DNA of 64,000 nucleotides from Marsupella aquatica (Eukaryota > Plantae > Marchantiophyta), in assembly GCA_973895155.1 (NCBI GenBank), contig OZ316898.1, positions 4,572,979 through 4,636,978 of the forward strand. The letters run 5' to 3'. Of the stretch, positions 12,134-26,386 are shown one piece after another. The position numbers and the translations under genes are program-made. The number at the start of each line of letters is the position of its first letter. The stretch's first letter is position 1. The notes under the pieces are model-generated. The model was not told the DNA's origin. It saw only the letters and a list, made by a program, of their open reading frames with translations, and searched no databases.

Positions 12134-15100
12134 GACCCCGGTCTTTCACTGAGCTTCCACCACTCCTTTGAGAGTGGCACGTAGAAGAAAATTTGTACAC
12201 TACAGATTCTCCCCAATGCATGACTAGCCTCACTCACATTATACAAAAGTAAGCTAGGAAAATGATTTGTTCGATGGCTCGATACGAGCTGCCAGCTGCG
12301 GAATTTTATATTTTGACAACTCGCACATATATGTAACTTGCTGTCAAACCTACCGAGTTCAATGAATTTAAGCTTCTTTTCTCGACCATTGCAGTCTTGG
12401 TATGCATGAGGTGACTATTACAGTCGTTGTTCAATGTTCAATTTGGGCTTTGTCCCTAGCTTATTGTCACGATGTACGTCTTTGGTCGTCGTCCCAAGCT
12501 TTCTTTTCCTGTAGTCTTGTTATGCATAAGGCGACTATTTCAGTCGTTGCTCAATGTTCAATGTATGAACACGTTGCTTCTGGTTATGACTACAAAACTC
12601 TTTTACTCTACACCAGATGTATGTAACTTCTGCGTCAACATTTGAAGTATGTTGATCAAGTCCTATGTAACATATTCCGAAGAAAAATGTGTGTCGAATA
12701 AATTGAAAGCACATTGCAAACGCGGTTCATTAATATATGGAGTTGGTAAAGAAAAGAGTTCGAGAAATCTTGGAGATTTGTGTCCAACATTGTTTCCAGG
12801 ATTTCATAAATTACTGGGAGCTTCACACGACTGTGCGAACGATCAAGTGGTACCAGCAGCAATCTAGGAAAGGTTTGCACGCAGGTGGGAAGAGGGTTGG
12901 CGCGGGTGGGTAGGAGAGAACGATCTCTAAACGAATTTATGGCCGTGAATTTGAAAAGTCACTCTAATTTCAGTTGGAAGAACGATTCAATTCCACCTAA
13001 GATCCTCTTTCTTCACATTTTCGGCGCTCAAGCATAAATTTTGGTTCATTCAGTGATCGGCTGAGGTGACTTTGAATTTGTAAGCTGCGATGTTGTGATA
13101 CTCGACCAATATGAATTCAACTGAAAGCAATTACAGCGCGGGGTTGAGCGACGTGCAGCATTTAGAAGATAGCTAGGGAAGCAATAATCCTCTCACTCTG
13201 CCAAATTTGGACTCGTTGGATAGACCACAATATCACAAACCGTTCATTTCACTCGTTACTCAATGCTGGCATGAAAATTTAGCTTGTGCTGTTGTGGAAA
13301 TGACTAGCACCATTCTTTTTCGCCTTTGCCAAACTCATAGGTTCAAAAATACTCGAAGCGAACTAGAGTTGAGCAGCATCATTTACATCAGTTTCCACTT
13401 TGAGCGTTTCAATTGACGTGAATACATTTGTGACATCTACAGACAATGTTATTTTTAACTTCTCAATTTCTGCGAGATCGAATTCGTTAATTTGCGGTCA
13501 TCTCTGGAGTATATCGCTTCCGCATCTAGTTGGACATTGAGTCATCAAAGTCTACATTGCTAAAGACAAAGCATTCTTCGAGACATTGTTTAACCGTAGC
13601 AATATTTGAAGCGAAAAGACTTCTAGCGGTAACCGTAACAATATTTGAAGCGGAAAGACTTCTAGCGTGCTCAAACGAGGAAGGTTATGCAGAGAGCCTT
13701 CGAAGCTTTAAGAACTGTCAGTGAGTAGGTTCCGATAGTCCACAAATCCCTTAGTTATATTGACTAGTTTTTCCCCTGTCTTTCGACGGAGGTGTGACGT
13801 TTCTTTCAGTAATTTTCGATCTAGTAGGTCTTGCCTAACTGATTGTCATGATATCCTTGGTCGTCGTCTAGACATAATGTAAACTTTCCATTCACATCTA
13901 CTGAAAACAATGGTACAAAAGGAACTTTCGGTTCTCTTCATTGCTGCAGGGGTCATGTTGCTATCATGGAGATTGCAGACTCGGTTAACAAGCACAGCTC
14001 CAAGAATGGGACATTGCACTGATTCCGCATCATTGCTGCAGGCGTCGTGTGGGCTATATATGGACATTTCTATTGACAGGCACATCTCCAAGCAGTCCGT
14101 GCTGAACTTTGATTAATCGATACTGTTGTCCTCCGTTTGTCCTCCGTTTCCTCGTCCTCTGAGACCTCAAGATGTACTTGTCGAGTTAGTTGTGTATAGC
14201 TGAAAGATTACTCACATACACCCTCACTCTTCTCAACTTCTTAGTGGGTCCTTTGGGTTTTGGTTCCTTTGTTGCTGTGGGGGACTCCTCCGCTTGTTGG
14301 ACCTCTTTGGTCACCTTTTCCCTCGGGTTTCCCGTTCCAGTACCCTCCCTTTTATTGGGTTGCATTGCCTTTGGGACCCTGTCTCCAGCTTCGACGTTTT
14401 TGTCCTTTGGCACTGTGATGTGTAACAAGCCGAAAGAATTGAAAGTTTTCGTTACGGAGCTTTAAAGAAACAGTCCCGGTCATCTCATATTGGACGGAAG
14501 CAGCGTTGAAATTTCGATATCCTGTTTCACACGTGTTTCTTATTGATTCCCATAGATCTGAAGAGAACCATCAGTTTCGAGCAACGCTGCAGGAAGAATC
14601 TCAGCGAGTCCTCTTCAGTAGAGTTTTCGCCTGCGCCTTCCGCGAAGGGAAAATTTGGGACAATTCTGTCTCTAGATTAGGAGCCAGCTGCAGTAATCAC
14701 CGAAGATGGTATCTTATGTGATCCTACAAGAAACCTTTTGCAGTCTAAGTGTCGCACCTTTCTACCTGACTTGTATCCTTGTGTCGTAATTGCATTCTAG
14801 TGTTGTTAGTAAGTCCGAGAAACCCCGCATATGGAATCAATTGGACGGGCAAGGTCACTTTCAGTCACTCGGATGGACAATGCTCCAGTAAGACAGCCCA
14901 AAAAAAGTGTTGACGATTCAAATAGCACGCCGTCCGCTTCAAGTACTGGGAGGGGAAAAGAAAGGGTAAGGAAGCCTTGGCCCCAGCTTGTTGTAGTTCT
15001 GTACCTTTTGAACCCTTCAACAATATTTTATTGAGTACCTGGAAACGTCGTGGCAGTGCCGTCGCGGTGCTTTTATGCCGATTAGTCAATCGATGCAGAG

Positions 15101-15633
15101 GAAGAAAACCATGAAACCGGAAGCAGATCTACAGCTGGATCAGGGCCTAAACAGAATCATGGTTGTCTCTGCACACTGTTATTCGCAAATCTACTTGCGA
15201 GTCAAGCTTGAACCGCGAGACCGTCATCGTCGACATGTCCACGCGTATGGAGTGGATTCGACCTGCAGCAGGGGCTGGTCCTGGTGGCAATTGTTTTCGA
15301 AGCTGATGGCTCTGTAGCAGCTCCTGTGCAGAAGTGATCGAGAAGTACGAGAGAATGTCTCGAAATCGTCCTCACTCCTAGTTCTCCTGTGTTTTTCCAA
15401 TTGAGGAGCTAGGTCATCGCACCTTACTGCATATTTCACTTGGCCATTAGAGTCTGCTGGCATTACGATATCGTGAGGTTTGGTCTAGCGCTTCTTGTGT
15501 TTGTCTTCATCGTTAGTATCGTTACTCTCTAGAATTGGAGATGATCAGTCCGGGTCGCCGGAGTATTTTCTCGGCCTCGACTGCACCGGGAACCGGCTTC
15601 GATCAATCATCAGACGTAAATAAAGGTGACACA
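12134..15633 (+). repeat. Segmental duplication unit 2 (truncated before the 4-TM coding exons)
   Basis: Colinear with 5494-9075. Similarity stops abruptly after ...AAGGTGACACA at ~15633. Confidence 0.85.
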
Positions 15634-15706
15634 GGATTTACAGGATTAGCACAGTAAATGGTGCAATAATCAGGGTGATTACTTGTGCAATAATCAGGAT
15701 TGCACA

Positions 15707-15918
15707 AGTCAGGATGGTACTCTGGTAGTGAGTGTTGTTGGCAACAATTTTTCAACTTGGTGAAATACTGCCAAAATAGTCCCTTGTGGCCATATGGTAC
15801 AAAGAAAGATCACGGGAACAAATCTTAAGCAAGATTGCCAAAATGTGACTTCAGTTGTACTGTTGTGGTTAAGGAGAAAATAATAATCAAAATCTAAGTT
15901 AGTTGTAGTTGGATTGGC
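15707..15918 (+). repeat. 212-bp dispersed repeat or filler matching 53804-54015
   Basis: AGTCAGGAT...GGTGAAATACTGCCAAAATAGTCCCTTGT...AATCTAAGTTAGTTG.AGTTGGATTGGC occurs at both loci. Confidence 0.85.
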
Positions 15919-15993
15919 CGGATCCTTGAATTTATGATAGTTGTCCTTATTCAAGAAAGTTCTACTGGAGGACTTTCCATAAGCTAAGTAATC

Positions 15994-17378
15994 ATGGAAG
16001 CAAGTTTGGGAGTCATGCAGGCGTCGATGGCAGCAGTGTCAGCAGTGGGAATCTGGACGACCCATCATCGAGCATTGAAAGGAGGAATGGGGATGTTGCC
16101 TCTTGCAGCACCTAGGAGAGCGACCTTACTCCGATGCCAAGCTGGGGAGAGTCCTTCTTCACTGCGCGATGCCGTAGATAAGGCGATGAAGAAAGAAATC
16201 ACAAAGGAAGATAAATCACAAAGGAAGATATCCTCCGCCACCAGGAATCCGACGAATCTGAGAAGAACGCGATGTTAGGAACCAAGCCTGCCATAGGCTC
16301 TTTCTACCGGAAACATCTACTCCAATTCAAGTTATTTATTCTCAGTGACGATATAATAAGCTCGCGTCTTTGCCCCTCCCATTGCGTTCCTCAAAGATTA
16401 AATATATTATACAATGAAGTGTGGGCCTTTAGTTTGTACCAATGTTTCCTTAGATATTAATACATAAGAAGAGAATCCAGAAGGAGCTGCTGGCTACCCA
16501 CGCCCGGAAATCGAAAGACAGGAGCATCGGAAGTATTTTCGCATTCGACGGTGCGGCTCCCGAGACCATTGACGGACGACTGGTACCTGACTGACCGCAC
16601 TCCTACAAACTTTCCTCATTGTTTTGTTCATCTGTCGTAGATTTCTTCCACATGGTTTCCTTGCAATATTGATGGGAAATCGACCAGATTCCCATATATA
16701 TTTTGTGAAGTGCTTCGTCCTGTCCCATGTATGTCGTGGGTGCTCGCGAAACGCTTACGATTTCGCCCAATCTCATAGTGACGAGGGTACCTTTTTTTTA
16801 AAGAATCGTGGCTGCCGGAGCTTACTATATCTGATTTCTCGCTAGCATATTAGAGTTATCGAGATTGAAAGTTATTTGAAATTAGAAATGTGCTCAAATC
16901 GCTGGAAGCGAATATTTGCTAAATGTTGCTTCCTTAGTGTAATGCAATGCATGACAGTAACCAAGTCCTGTGAATCTGGTAAGCGTATCCATGTATGTGT
17001 CTTCTATACACAACTGACTTGTCCAGTTTATTCTGCTGAGCACTATTGATCTCGTTACTGACCTTTGTGTCAACTGCTGCGCATTCAGGCTATGGTAGGC
17101 TTTGTGTGGGCCTTCCTCGCCGAGAAGGCGACTGGACTGTCTGTTGTGGAGCAAGTGTTCACTCCAGGCACCACCGGACTTGTTCTCTTCATTGGTGCGG
17201 TGCAGCTTCTCGCTTACGCGTCCCTGGTGCCCGTCGTAAAACGGAGAATCAACAGACGCGCGCAGCTGGGGCCCGTTCAATGCCCGAGCTGAGCGATGGA
17301 ACGGTCGTCTGGCCATGATCGGGCTTGCAACTTTGCTGCTCCATGAGTTCATTCGCCAGACCCCGGTCTTCCACTGAG
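15994..17378 (+). pseudogene. ELIP: ELIP pseudogene (duplicate of 4276-5512)
   Basis: Same exon/intron layout, but with a frameshifting duplication at ~16195-16230, an AT-rich insertion at ~16311-16467 in exon 1, a deletion near 16516 and a frameshift near 17240. Upstream promoter absent. Confidence 0.9.
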
Positions 17379-19561
17379 CTGTCATTCCTTTGAACGTGGC
17401 ACGTAAGTAAATTTGTACACTAAAGATTTTGCCCAATGTCAAGAGTAGCTTCGCTCACATTGTACAGAAGTAAGCTAGTAAATCGATTTGTTCGAAGGCT
17501 CTCTATTGGAGCTGCTAGCTGCGAATTTTTTATTTTTTTGACAACTCGTAAGCATATGTAACTGGTTGTCACCTAGTGACTTCAATAAAATTTGAGCTTT
17601 CTTTTCTCTACGTTTGCAACGTTATGCATGAACAGCTATCATTGTTGTTCCATACTCAATTTGATCTTTCTCCCCATCTTATTGTCATCATGTCTTTGGT
17701 TGTTGTTCCATACTCAATTTGATCTTTCTCCCCATCTTATTGTCATCATGTCTTTGGTTGTTGTCCCAAATTTTCTTTTGCTTTACTACTTACTCGTATT
17801 GAACACAAATTAAGCAACAACTGATCTCAGTATTGCAGTTGTTGCTTAGTGTTTAATGTAAGAGCATGTGGCGACTACTAAACTCTTTACACCTCACACC
17901 AAATCGAAACTTTTGCAGTCGAACATTTGTTGTAGTACACCTTTTCAACCTTCAACAATACTACTTTATTGAGTACAAGGAAACTTCGTGGCAGTGCCCT
18001 GGCGGTGCTTTTATGCCGATTAGTCAATGGATGCAGAGGAAGAAATCATGAAAGCGGCAGCAGATCTACAGCTGGATCAGGGCCTAAACAGAATCATAGT
18101 TGTCTCTGCACACTGTTCTTCGCAAATCTACCTGCAGGTAAAGCTTGAACCGCGAGACCGTCATCGTCGACATTTCCCCGCGTATGGAGTGGATTCGACC
18201 TGCAACAGGGGCTGGTCCTGGTGGCAATTGTTTTCGAAGCTGATGGCACTCTAGCAGCTCCTGGGCAGAAGTGATCGAGAAGTATGAGAGAATGTCTCGC
18301 AATCGTCCTCTCTCCTAGTTGTCCTGCTATTCTCCAATTGGGGAGCTAGGTCATCGCACCCTCCTACTGCATATTTCACTTGGCCATTAGTGTCTGCTGG
18401 CATTACGATGTCGTGAGGTTTGGTCTAGCGCTTCTTGTGTTTCTCTTCGTCGTTAGTATCGTTACTCTCCTAGAAATGGAGATGATCAGTCCGGGTCGCC
18501 GGAGTATTTTCTCGGCCTCGACTGCAACGGGAACCGGCTTCGATCAATCATCAGACGTAAATGAAGGTGACACAAATGGAGGGACTGCATTACTGCCCTC
18601 ATATCGTAGAACATCATTCACAAATCCTCGCAGTTTCGATTCGGCGCCGTTGCCACAGCGGTCAAATACATTCCCACCTGTAGGACAAGCGGCTGCAAGC
18701 TATGGTAGAGTATTTTTAATTCCTGGTTCCGCACTCCCCGTCTTGCTTTTGAGGGCCCAAACGTTTCATATCATCCCTGGAGAGTGAACTAAGGAGTGAA
18801 CTAAGGCAGTAAGACGTTGGTCAATATATATAATTCGTTCAATTGGTAAGTAGTACCAATTCATGTTTTAACTACATTTCGCATTAACCATGGGTAGTGA
18901 CAATCAGATTTTGCGTCCGACACGATTCACAACACACACAAAGTAATTTCCCTTCTTTGCCTTCAAACGAAAAAGACCATGTTCGGCAACGATTTGTACA
19001 CTGCTGCCGAACTCTTCGAGGATCTCCTTGGTTCTCAAAATTCGCCTTCCTCTTCCTTGACGGCGTTGGATGTGCTGCAGGAGGAACAACCGACTACATA
19101 TCAACAGAAATGGCATCAATAGCTGCTAATGGGCAAGAAAGAACTCGGGAGAATGGATCACTGCCCTCGAATAGCAGACCGTCAACGGAAAATATGAGTC
19201 GGACTTCGAGCACCTCGCGATTGCTTGGGCAGTTTAGTTGCCTGTGTACATTTCCGTGGACTCACACCACTCCAAGCAATGGTAAATTAGGTTTTAATAA
19301 TGTATGATGTCGTTCTATCTTTCCTGCGTTTTAGGGGACTGACATCTTCTTCGGAATCATTAGTCATCAAGATGGTGAGGTAAAACTCGCCGGGTTGAGT
19401 CCCTTCGTTTCGTTTCGTTTCAATCATTATCATCATAAGTTTTGCAGTCACCACCAGTACGTGATCTATTTGTTTGCAATACTAGTATATCTTTTTCAAG
19501 TTGGCTCGCTTAGGTCTATCTTAATTTCTCTGCTCCTCGATGTTTACCGTCATCGTCTGCT

Positions 19562-20741
19562 ATGGCAGCTGCTGCATGTCCTGGCCCTGAACATTTTAAG
19601 GTGAGACATCTGTCACGAGCAGAGAAGTACCATCTCGAGAAACCACTAAGTGATCCATATCTGCAAAAATTGAGTTGCTCCAGGGTATTTGAGGGTCCTC
19701 TTGACCGGCTAAAAGTGTGGCCGCGGTTCTTTCCAACGACAGAAGCGTCTGGCATAGAGCTTAGAGATGGATTCGTGACTCTTTGGACTACTTGCATCCT
19801 GGCGGTAAGAGGAAGAATTAAAACATCTCAAATCTTTCCTTGTTGTTTACTGTCTTCTCACTAGTATCTGCTCTGGCCTTAATTGTGTATCACCGTTGAT
19901 TGTCACTTCTCTCATTTTGTTTACAAAAATGTATGTCTGGACCTTAACGCCTTTTTTAATCTTCCAGAGGAAAAAGAAAACAAGACGAACATTTCATTGT
20001 GTGGTATATAGCATTTTCTTTTTGCATGTATTGTAGTGCGTTTACTCTTTCTGTTGCTCCTTTCCACACATTCTTGGAAGGAAGTAGAAGATCTATCCGA
20101 ATCCTCACAGATGAATAATTTAAGCGTAATGATGGTCAATATATTACTGGTACTTTAGTTTCTATCTGTCTTCATTGGTTAACTTCATTAATCTATTCCA
20201 CAACTTACACTATACAGCCAGTTCATTGGAAGGCAGACGTTAGCTAACGTTCTTCCCTGTTCAGAACAGTTTAGCTCAATTTCTCATCCATCGCATATAT
20301 GAATGACCTGTGAATGATCTTTTGGCACATGTGCAGGAGTCAGTCCTAGCTGCGGTTGCAATTCAGCCCTTTGTTTCAAACCCCGGCAATCTCACTGGTT
20401 TGAAATTTACTATATACGGACTGGTGTGGATGTTGGCACTGATTATTGACTTTCTGAGTCTTGCTGTCACTGCGCTTTTCTTGGGTTACTTGCATGGCAG
20501 CCCGCCTAAACTTACGTACATGTGGGTCTGCAATATCGGTGCATGGATTGGTGTCCCTGCAGTTCTAGTATTACTAGCTACTTTCGTGAGCCTTGGTGCC
20601 ATCGCCTATACTTCATGGGCCGTTTATGGGCAAACATTGGGGATAGTTTGCACGATTATCGAAGTGCTCGTTGTTATTTTTGCTATTGCCACTTCTACTT
20701 CTCTTGAGAAGGCCTGTAAAGCAGCAGAAGACCTGGATTGA
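19562..20741 (+). CDS. Uncharacterised four-helix membrane protein, copy 2, 215 aa; join(19562..19804,20337..20741)
   Basis: Same splice sites and phase as copy 1. Intact frame. Confidence 0.75.
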
Positions 20742-23700
20742 GGACCAACCAAGATTGCGTGTGAAGAGGTCTGCGAAAGGAATTGCGGGTGCTAGACCAA
20801 ATGATTTCGAGTAAGAGCGATCTGGATCTCTGAGAGGCTTGCTGCTCTCCAGATCAATTACTAAGGTATATTCACCAATTACTCATTGATTAGCTCACAA
20901 AAATTGTGACTTGTTCGCTGAGCTCTCCATCTTGACTTCAGCATTCAAGGTCAGCAGTTTCATATTTCGCTCTTCTTCTCCTAAACTGAATGGCTTGAGT
21001 AATTAGATTTGTTGTCGAAAAGCGAATGCTTTAGCCTAGTGCAAAGAGGTAGGTATCGGGGCTCACTGTACATAATATGGGAGCTTCATATGATTGCCTT
21101 TTGGACCACAACACTGAACTACCTGAACATAATACTGGTCTAAACAAACGCACCAGGCCCTGGAAGAAGTGGAAAAACCAAGGCAGTTGTTGCTTGGTCG
21201 ATCAGGCTCGCCATTTGTTTGTAAGCTTCATAAAATCAGGCTCAATAAGCACTTTTCCATGTTTCGTAGAGTGTCCATGCTTACTGGTTTGACTGCATCC
21301 AGTATCGATTTCACTAATTCAGAAAATTTCTCATCATGTCAGAATTTCAGAATACTTTTTCCTTTGAATGAATTTCAGAATACTTTTTGGAAATCGGAAA
21401 AGTACGTTCGCAAGTTTTACTTTTGGAACTTTCAAAGAAGGGTTTTGGAATCTCCACGTGCTGCTTTTGGAAATTTCATCACCTATTTTTGGAAACGGAA
21501 CTTTGGGAATCACTGTGGTTCAAGACACAACCGTTCACCTGGACGACTAACTTTTAGGACACTGTTCAAAACACTACAATCGAATGTAACGAGCATCACA
21601 ATCTCGAATTTTCATTGCTCTTGGCAGAGAGTTTGTAGTACTGCCAATGCTTCTTCCTAGGACTGTCACCTGTCTGTTCTTGACATTGACCTTGTTTCCA
21701 CAGAGACCAATTGTGGCCCGTGACCCCGGTCTTTCATTGAGCTTTCACCACTCCTTTGAGATTGGCAGGTAGAAGTAATTTTGTACACTAAAAACATTCC
21801 CCAATGTATGACTAGGCTCATTCACATTATACAAATGTAAGCTAGGAAAATGATTTGTTCGAAGGCTCGAATCGACTTGCCATCGCTGCGGAATTTTATA
21901 TTTTGACAACTCGCACATATACGTAACTTGCTGTCAAACCTACTGAGTTCAATGAATTTAAGCTTTCTTTTCTCGACCATTGCAGTCTTGTTATGCATGA
22001 GGTGACTATTACAGTCGTTGTTCAATGTTCAATTTGGGCTTTGTCACGATGTACGTCTTTGGTCGTCGTCCCAAAGCTTTCTTTTCCTGTAGTCTTGTTA
22101 TGCATAAGGCGACTATTTCAGTCGTTGCTCAATGTTCAATGTATGAACACGTTGCTTCTGGTTATGACTACAAAACTCTTTACACCAAATTTAACTTTTG
22201 CAGTCAACATTTGAAGTACGTTGATCAAGTCCTATGTAACATATTCCGAAGAAAAATGTGTGTCGAATAAATTGAAAGCACATTGCAAACGCGGTTCATT
22301 AACATATGGAGTTGGTTAATTACTGGGAAGCTTCACACGACTGTGAGAACGATCGAGAGGTACCAGCAGCAATCTAGGAAAGGTTTGCACGCAGATGGGA
22401 AGAGGAGGGTTGGCGCGGGTGGGTAGGAGAGAACGATCTCTATACGAATTTATGGCCGTGAATTTAAAAAGTCGCTCTAATTTCAATTGGAAAAACGATT
22501 CAATTCCACCTAAGATCCTCTTTCTTCACATTTTCGGCGCTAAATCATAAATTTTGGTTCATTCAGTGATCGGCTGAGGTGACTTTGAATTTGTAAGCTG
22601 CGATGTTCCGATACTCGACCAATATGAATTCAACTGAAAGCAATTACAGCGCGGGGTGGAGCGACGTGCAGAATTTAGCTAGGGAAACAATAATCCTCCC
22701 ACGCTGCCAAATTTGGAGTCGTAAGCAATAATCCTCCCACGCTGCCAAATTTGGACTCGTTGGATAGACCACAATATCACAAACCGTTCATTTCACTCGT
22801 TCCTCAATGCCCATGGATTTTTAACTTGTGCTGTTGTGGAAATGACTAGCGCCATTCTTGTTCGCCTTGGCCAAACTCATAGGTTTAACAATACTCGAAG
22901 CCTACTAGAGTTGAGCAGCATCATTTACATCAGTTTCCACTTTGAGCGTTTCAATTGACGTGAATTTCAATTGACGTGAATACATATCTGACATTCACAG
23001 ACAATGTTACATTTAACTTCTCGATTTTCTGCGAGATCGAATTCGTTAATTTACGGTCAACTCTGGAGTATATCGCTTCCGCATCTAGTTGGACATTGAG
23101 TCACCAAAGTCTACATTGCTAAAGGCAAGGCATTCTTCGAGACATTGTTTAACCGTAACAATATTTGAAGCGGAAAGACTTCTAGCGGTAACCGTAACAA
23201 TATTTGAAGCGGAAAGACTTCTAGCGTGCTCAAACGAGGAAGGTTATGCAGAGAGCCTTCGAAGCTTTAAGAAATGTCAGTGAGTAGGTTCCGATAGTCC
23301 ACAAATCCCTTAGTTATATTGACTACTTTTTCCCCTGTCTTTCGACGGAGGTGTGAGGTTTCTTCAGTAATTTTCGATCTAGTAGGTCTTGCCTAACTGA
23401 TTGTCATGATGTCCTCGGTCGTCGTCTAGACATAATGTAAACTTTCCATTCACATCTACTGAAAACAATTGTACAAAAGGAACTTTCGGTTCTCTTCATT
23501 GCCGCAGGCGTCATGTTGCTATGATGGAGATTGCGGACTCGATTACCAAGCACAGCTCCAAGAATGGGACATTGCACCGATTCCGCATCATTGCTGCAGG
23601 CGTCGTGTGGCTACACATAGACATTTCCATTGACATGCACATCTCCAAGCAGTCCGTGCTGAACTTTGATTAATCGATACTGTTGTCCTCCGTTTCCTCG

Positions 23701-26275
23701 TCCTCTGAGACCTCAAGATGTACTTGTCGAGTTAGTTGTGTATAGCTGAAAGATTAATCACATCCACCCTCACTCTTCTCAACTCCTGAGTGGTTCCTTG
23801 GGTTTTGGTTCTTTTGGTGCTGTGGGGGACTCCTCCGCTTGTTGGACCTCTTTGGTCGCCTTTTCCCCCGTGTTTCCCCTTCCTCTTCCCTCCCTACATT
23901 GGGTTGCTTTGCCTTGGAAACCCTGTCTCCAGGTTCGGCGTTTTTGTCCTTTGGCACTGTGACTTATAACAAGCCGAAAGGATTGACAGTTTTCGTTAAG
24001 GAGCTTTAGTTCCACCGTCCCGGTCATCTCATATTGGACGGAAGCAGGGTTGAAATTTCGGTATCCTGTTTCACACGTGTTTCTTATTGATTCCCATAGA
24101 TCTGAAGAGAACCATCACTTTCGAGCAACGCTGCAGGAAGAATCCCACCGAGTTCTCTTCGGTAGTAGAGTTTTCGCCTGCGCTTTCCGCGAATGGAAAA
24201 TTTGGGACAATTCTGCCTCCAGATTAAGAGCCTGCTGCAGAAATCACCGAAGATGGTGATCTTATGTGATCCTACAAGAAACCTTTTGCAGTCTACGTGT
24301 CGCACCTTTCTACCTGACTTGTATCCTTGTGTCGAAATTGCATTCTAGTGTTGTTAGTAAGTCCGAGAAACCCCGCATATGTAATCAATTGGACGGGCAA
24401 GGTCACTTTCAATCACTTGTCTGGACAAAGCTCCGGTAAGACAGCCCAAGAAAAAAGTGCTCACAATTCAAGAGCACCCCGTCAGCTTCACGTACTGTCG
24501 TACTGGGAGGGGAAAAGAAAGGGTAAGGAAGTCTTGGCCTCAGCTTGTTGTAGTTCTGTACCTTTTGAACCCTTTACCAAAACTACTGTACCTGGAAACC
24601 TCGTGGCAGTGCCGTCGCGGTGCTTTATGCCGATTAGTCAATCAGATCCAGAGGAAGAAAATTATGAAAGCGGAAGCAGAACTACAGCTAGATCAGGGCC
24701 TAAACAGAATCATAGTTGTCTCTGGACACTGTTCCTCGCAAATCTACTTGCAGGTCAAGCTTGAACCACGAGACCGTCATCGTCGACATGTCCACGCGTA
24801 TAAAGTGGATTCGACCTGCAACAGGGGCTGGTCCTGGTGGCAATTGTTTTCGAAGCTAGTGGCACTGTAGCACCTCGTGTGCAGAAGTGATCAAGAAGTA
24901 TGAGAGAATCTCTCAAATCGGAGGAATTGTACGGTGCGAGGAAACAGGAGATTTTGCTAGCGAGGCAACATTGTTAGCGAAGCATTCTGGCGGATAAATT
25001 TCTCTCACATTCCACGAAAACAATGCCCAAACAGTCTCAGTTTTCCACCTCTTACAATAATGAAAAGAATATGACAATGAAAAATCCTGCATGATTTTCA
25101 TAAGTATTCCATACTTGAGCCACACACGTTTTAATCATCTAAAAAGGATCACCAAAACTAGAAACTCCCATCAAAATATGGAACCTCTTTACATTGAAAG
25201 TGTGGATCGCCAACAACTTCAAGACAGAAAAACGGTAAGAGTCGACCTCGACCAGTACATCCACTCCTACTTCCTCTTACTTGTTCAGTCATAAACTTCA
25301 TCCTCTGATTCATCAGAGATGTCACTACTACTAGGGTCGCTACTGGTCTCCCTCTCCGTGGACTCGGCAGACTCATCTAAATACTGATGGACTGTCCCCG
25401 CCTCATTGTCGATAAACCTTGAACAATCCAGATATCTTCGAGCACCTCTCATGGACCGAAGTCCTTTTGCCTCCCAAGTCAAGACAACAGGATCTTCATC
25501 AACCTGCCTCGCCGATGTCTCAGCATAGCACGGAAGAGTAAAAGGCTTCTCAGGAGTAACCACAATGGACTCCTGGACTTCCCTCCGAAGACGAAATCTC
25601 TCCTCAGAAAACCAATCCACCCTCCTATCACTGACGCAACCACCGACATCAGTTGACGAAGAGCAACAAAATAAAGAAAACAAAAGAAACCAAATAGGGA
25701 GTCCGACATCAGAAGAGGCCAAGTACTTTACTCCAGGTCGAATTCGTCTTTCTCGCTTGAAGGCCCAGCCTGTTCATCCCCTGGAATCGTGAACTCATCA
25801 TCCGACCCAGCGTCTTGATTAACCTTGGCTGGCTGATCCCTAATCTGCTTTGCCTTGCTCGAATGCCTCGCCAGAACACTGTTTAAAGTTTTTTGAGCAC
25901 AGGAATGGAGAATGTCCCTGTCCTCAACACCGACAACAAATCTCCCGGAGAATTCTCCGACAGAAAACAAGCTACCGTCACACACAGTCCAGTCAAGGAT
26001 TATATCTTTGGGCTTCGTGAGGAATTCCATCACGGCTTGCATGAACCCAATTGAAAGCCTTTTCGATCCAGCAACAGCCGCTTCTGGACAGGGGTCAGTC
26101 TTAGGGTAACAAACACTCAACATTGACTTATGTCTTGCATCTTCCGAAGACGTCAATGGAACATACGCTGGGTCTTTAGGAATCTTTGCACTAAATTCCA
26201 CCCGACAAAAACATCCAGGATGAGAGTGCACACCTGCATAAAAAACCAAAATACATCAGAAACAATGTAAACTTT

Positions 26276-26293
26276 GTTAGCGAGCTCGCTAGC
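26276..26293. promoter_or_regulatory. 18-bp palindromic motif copy GTTAGCGA-GC-TCGCTAGC (intron)
   Basis: Matches consensus GCTAGCGA-NN-TCGCTAGC. Function inferred. Confidence 0.7.
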
Positions 26294-26368
26294 ATTAACT
26301 TAGTCGGAAAATAGAAAATTAACAGTCACCTAAACCAGATATGTTTGGTAGCTGAAAATTATAATTTT

Positions 26369-26386
26369 GTTAGCGACATCGCTAGC
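26369..26386. promoter_or_regulatory. 18-bp palindromic motif copy GTTAGCGA-CA-TCGCTAGC (intron)
   Basis: Matches consensus. Confidence 0.7.
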
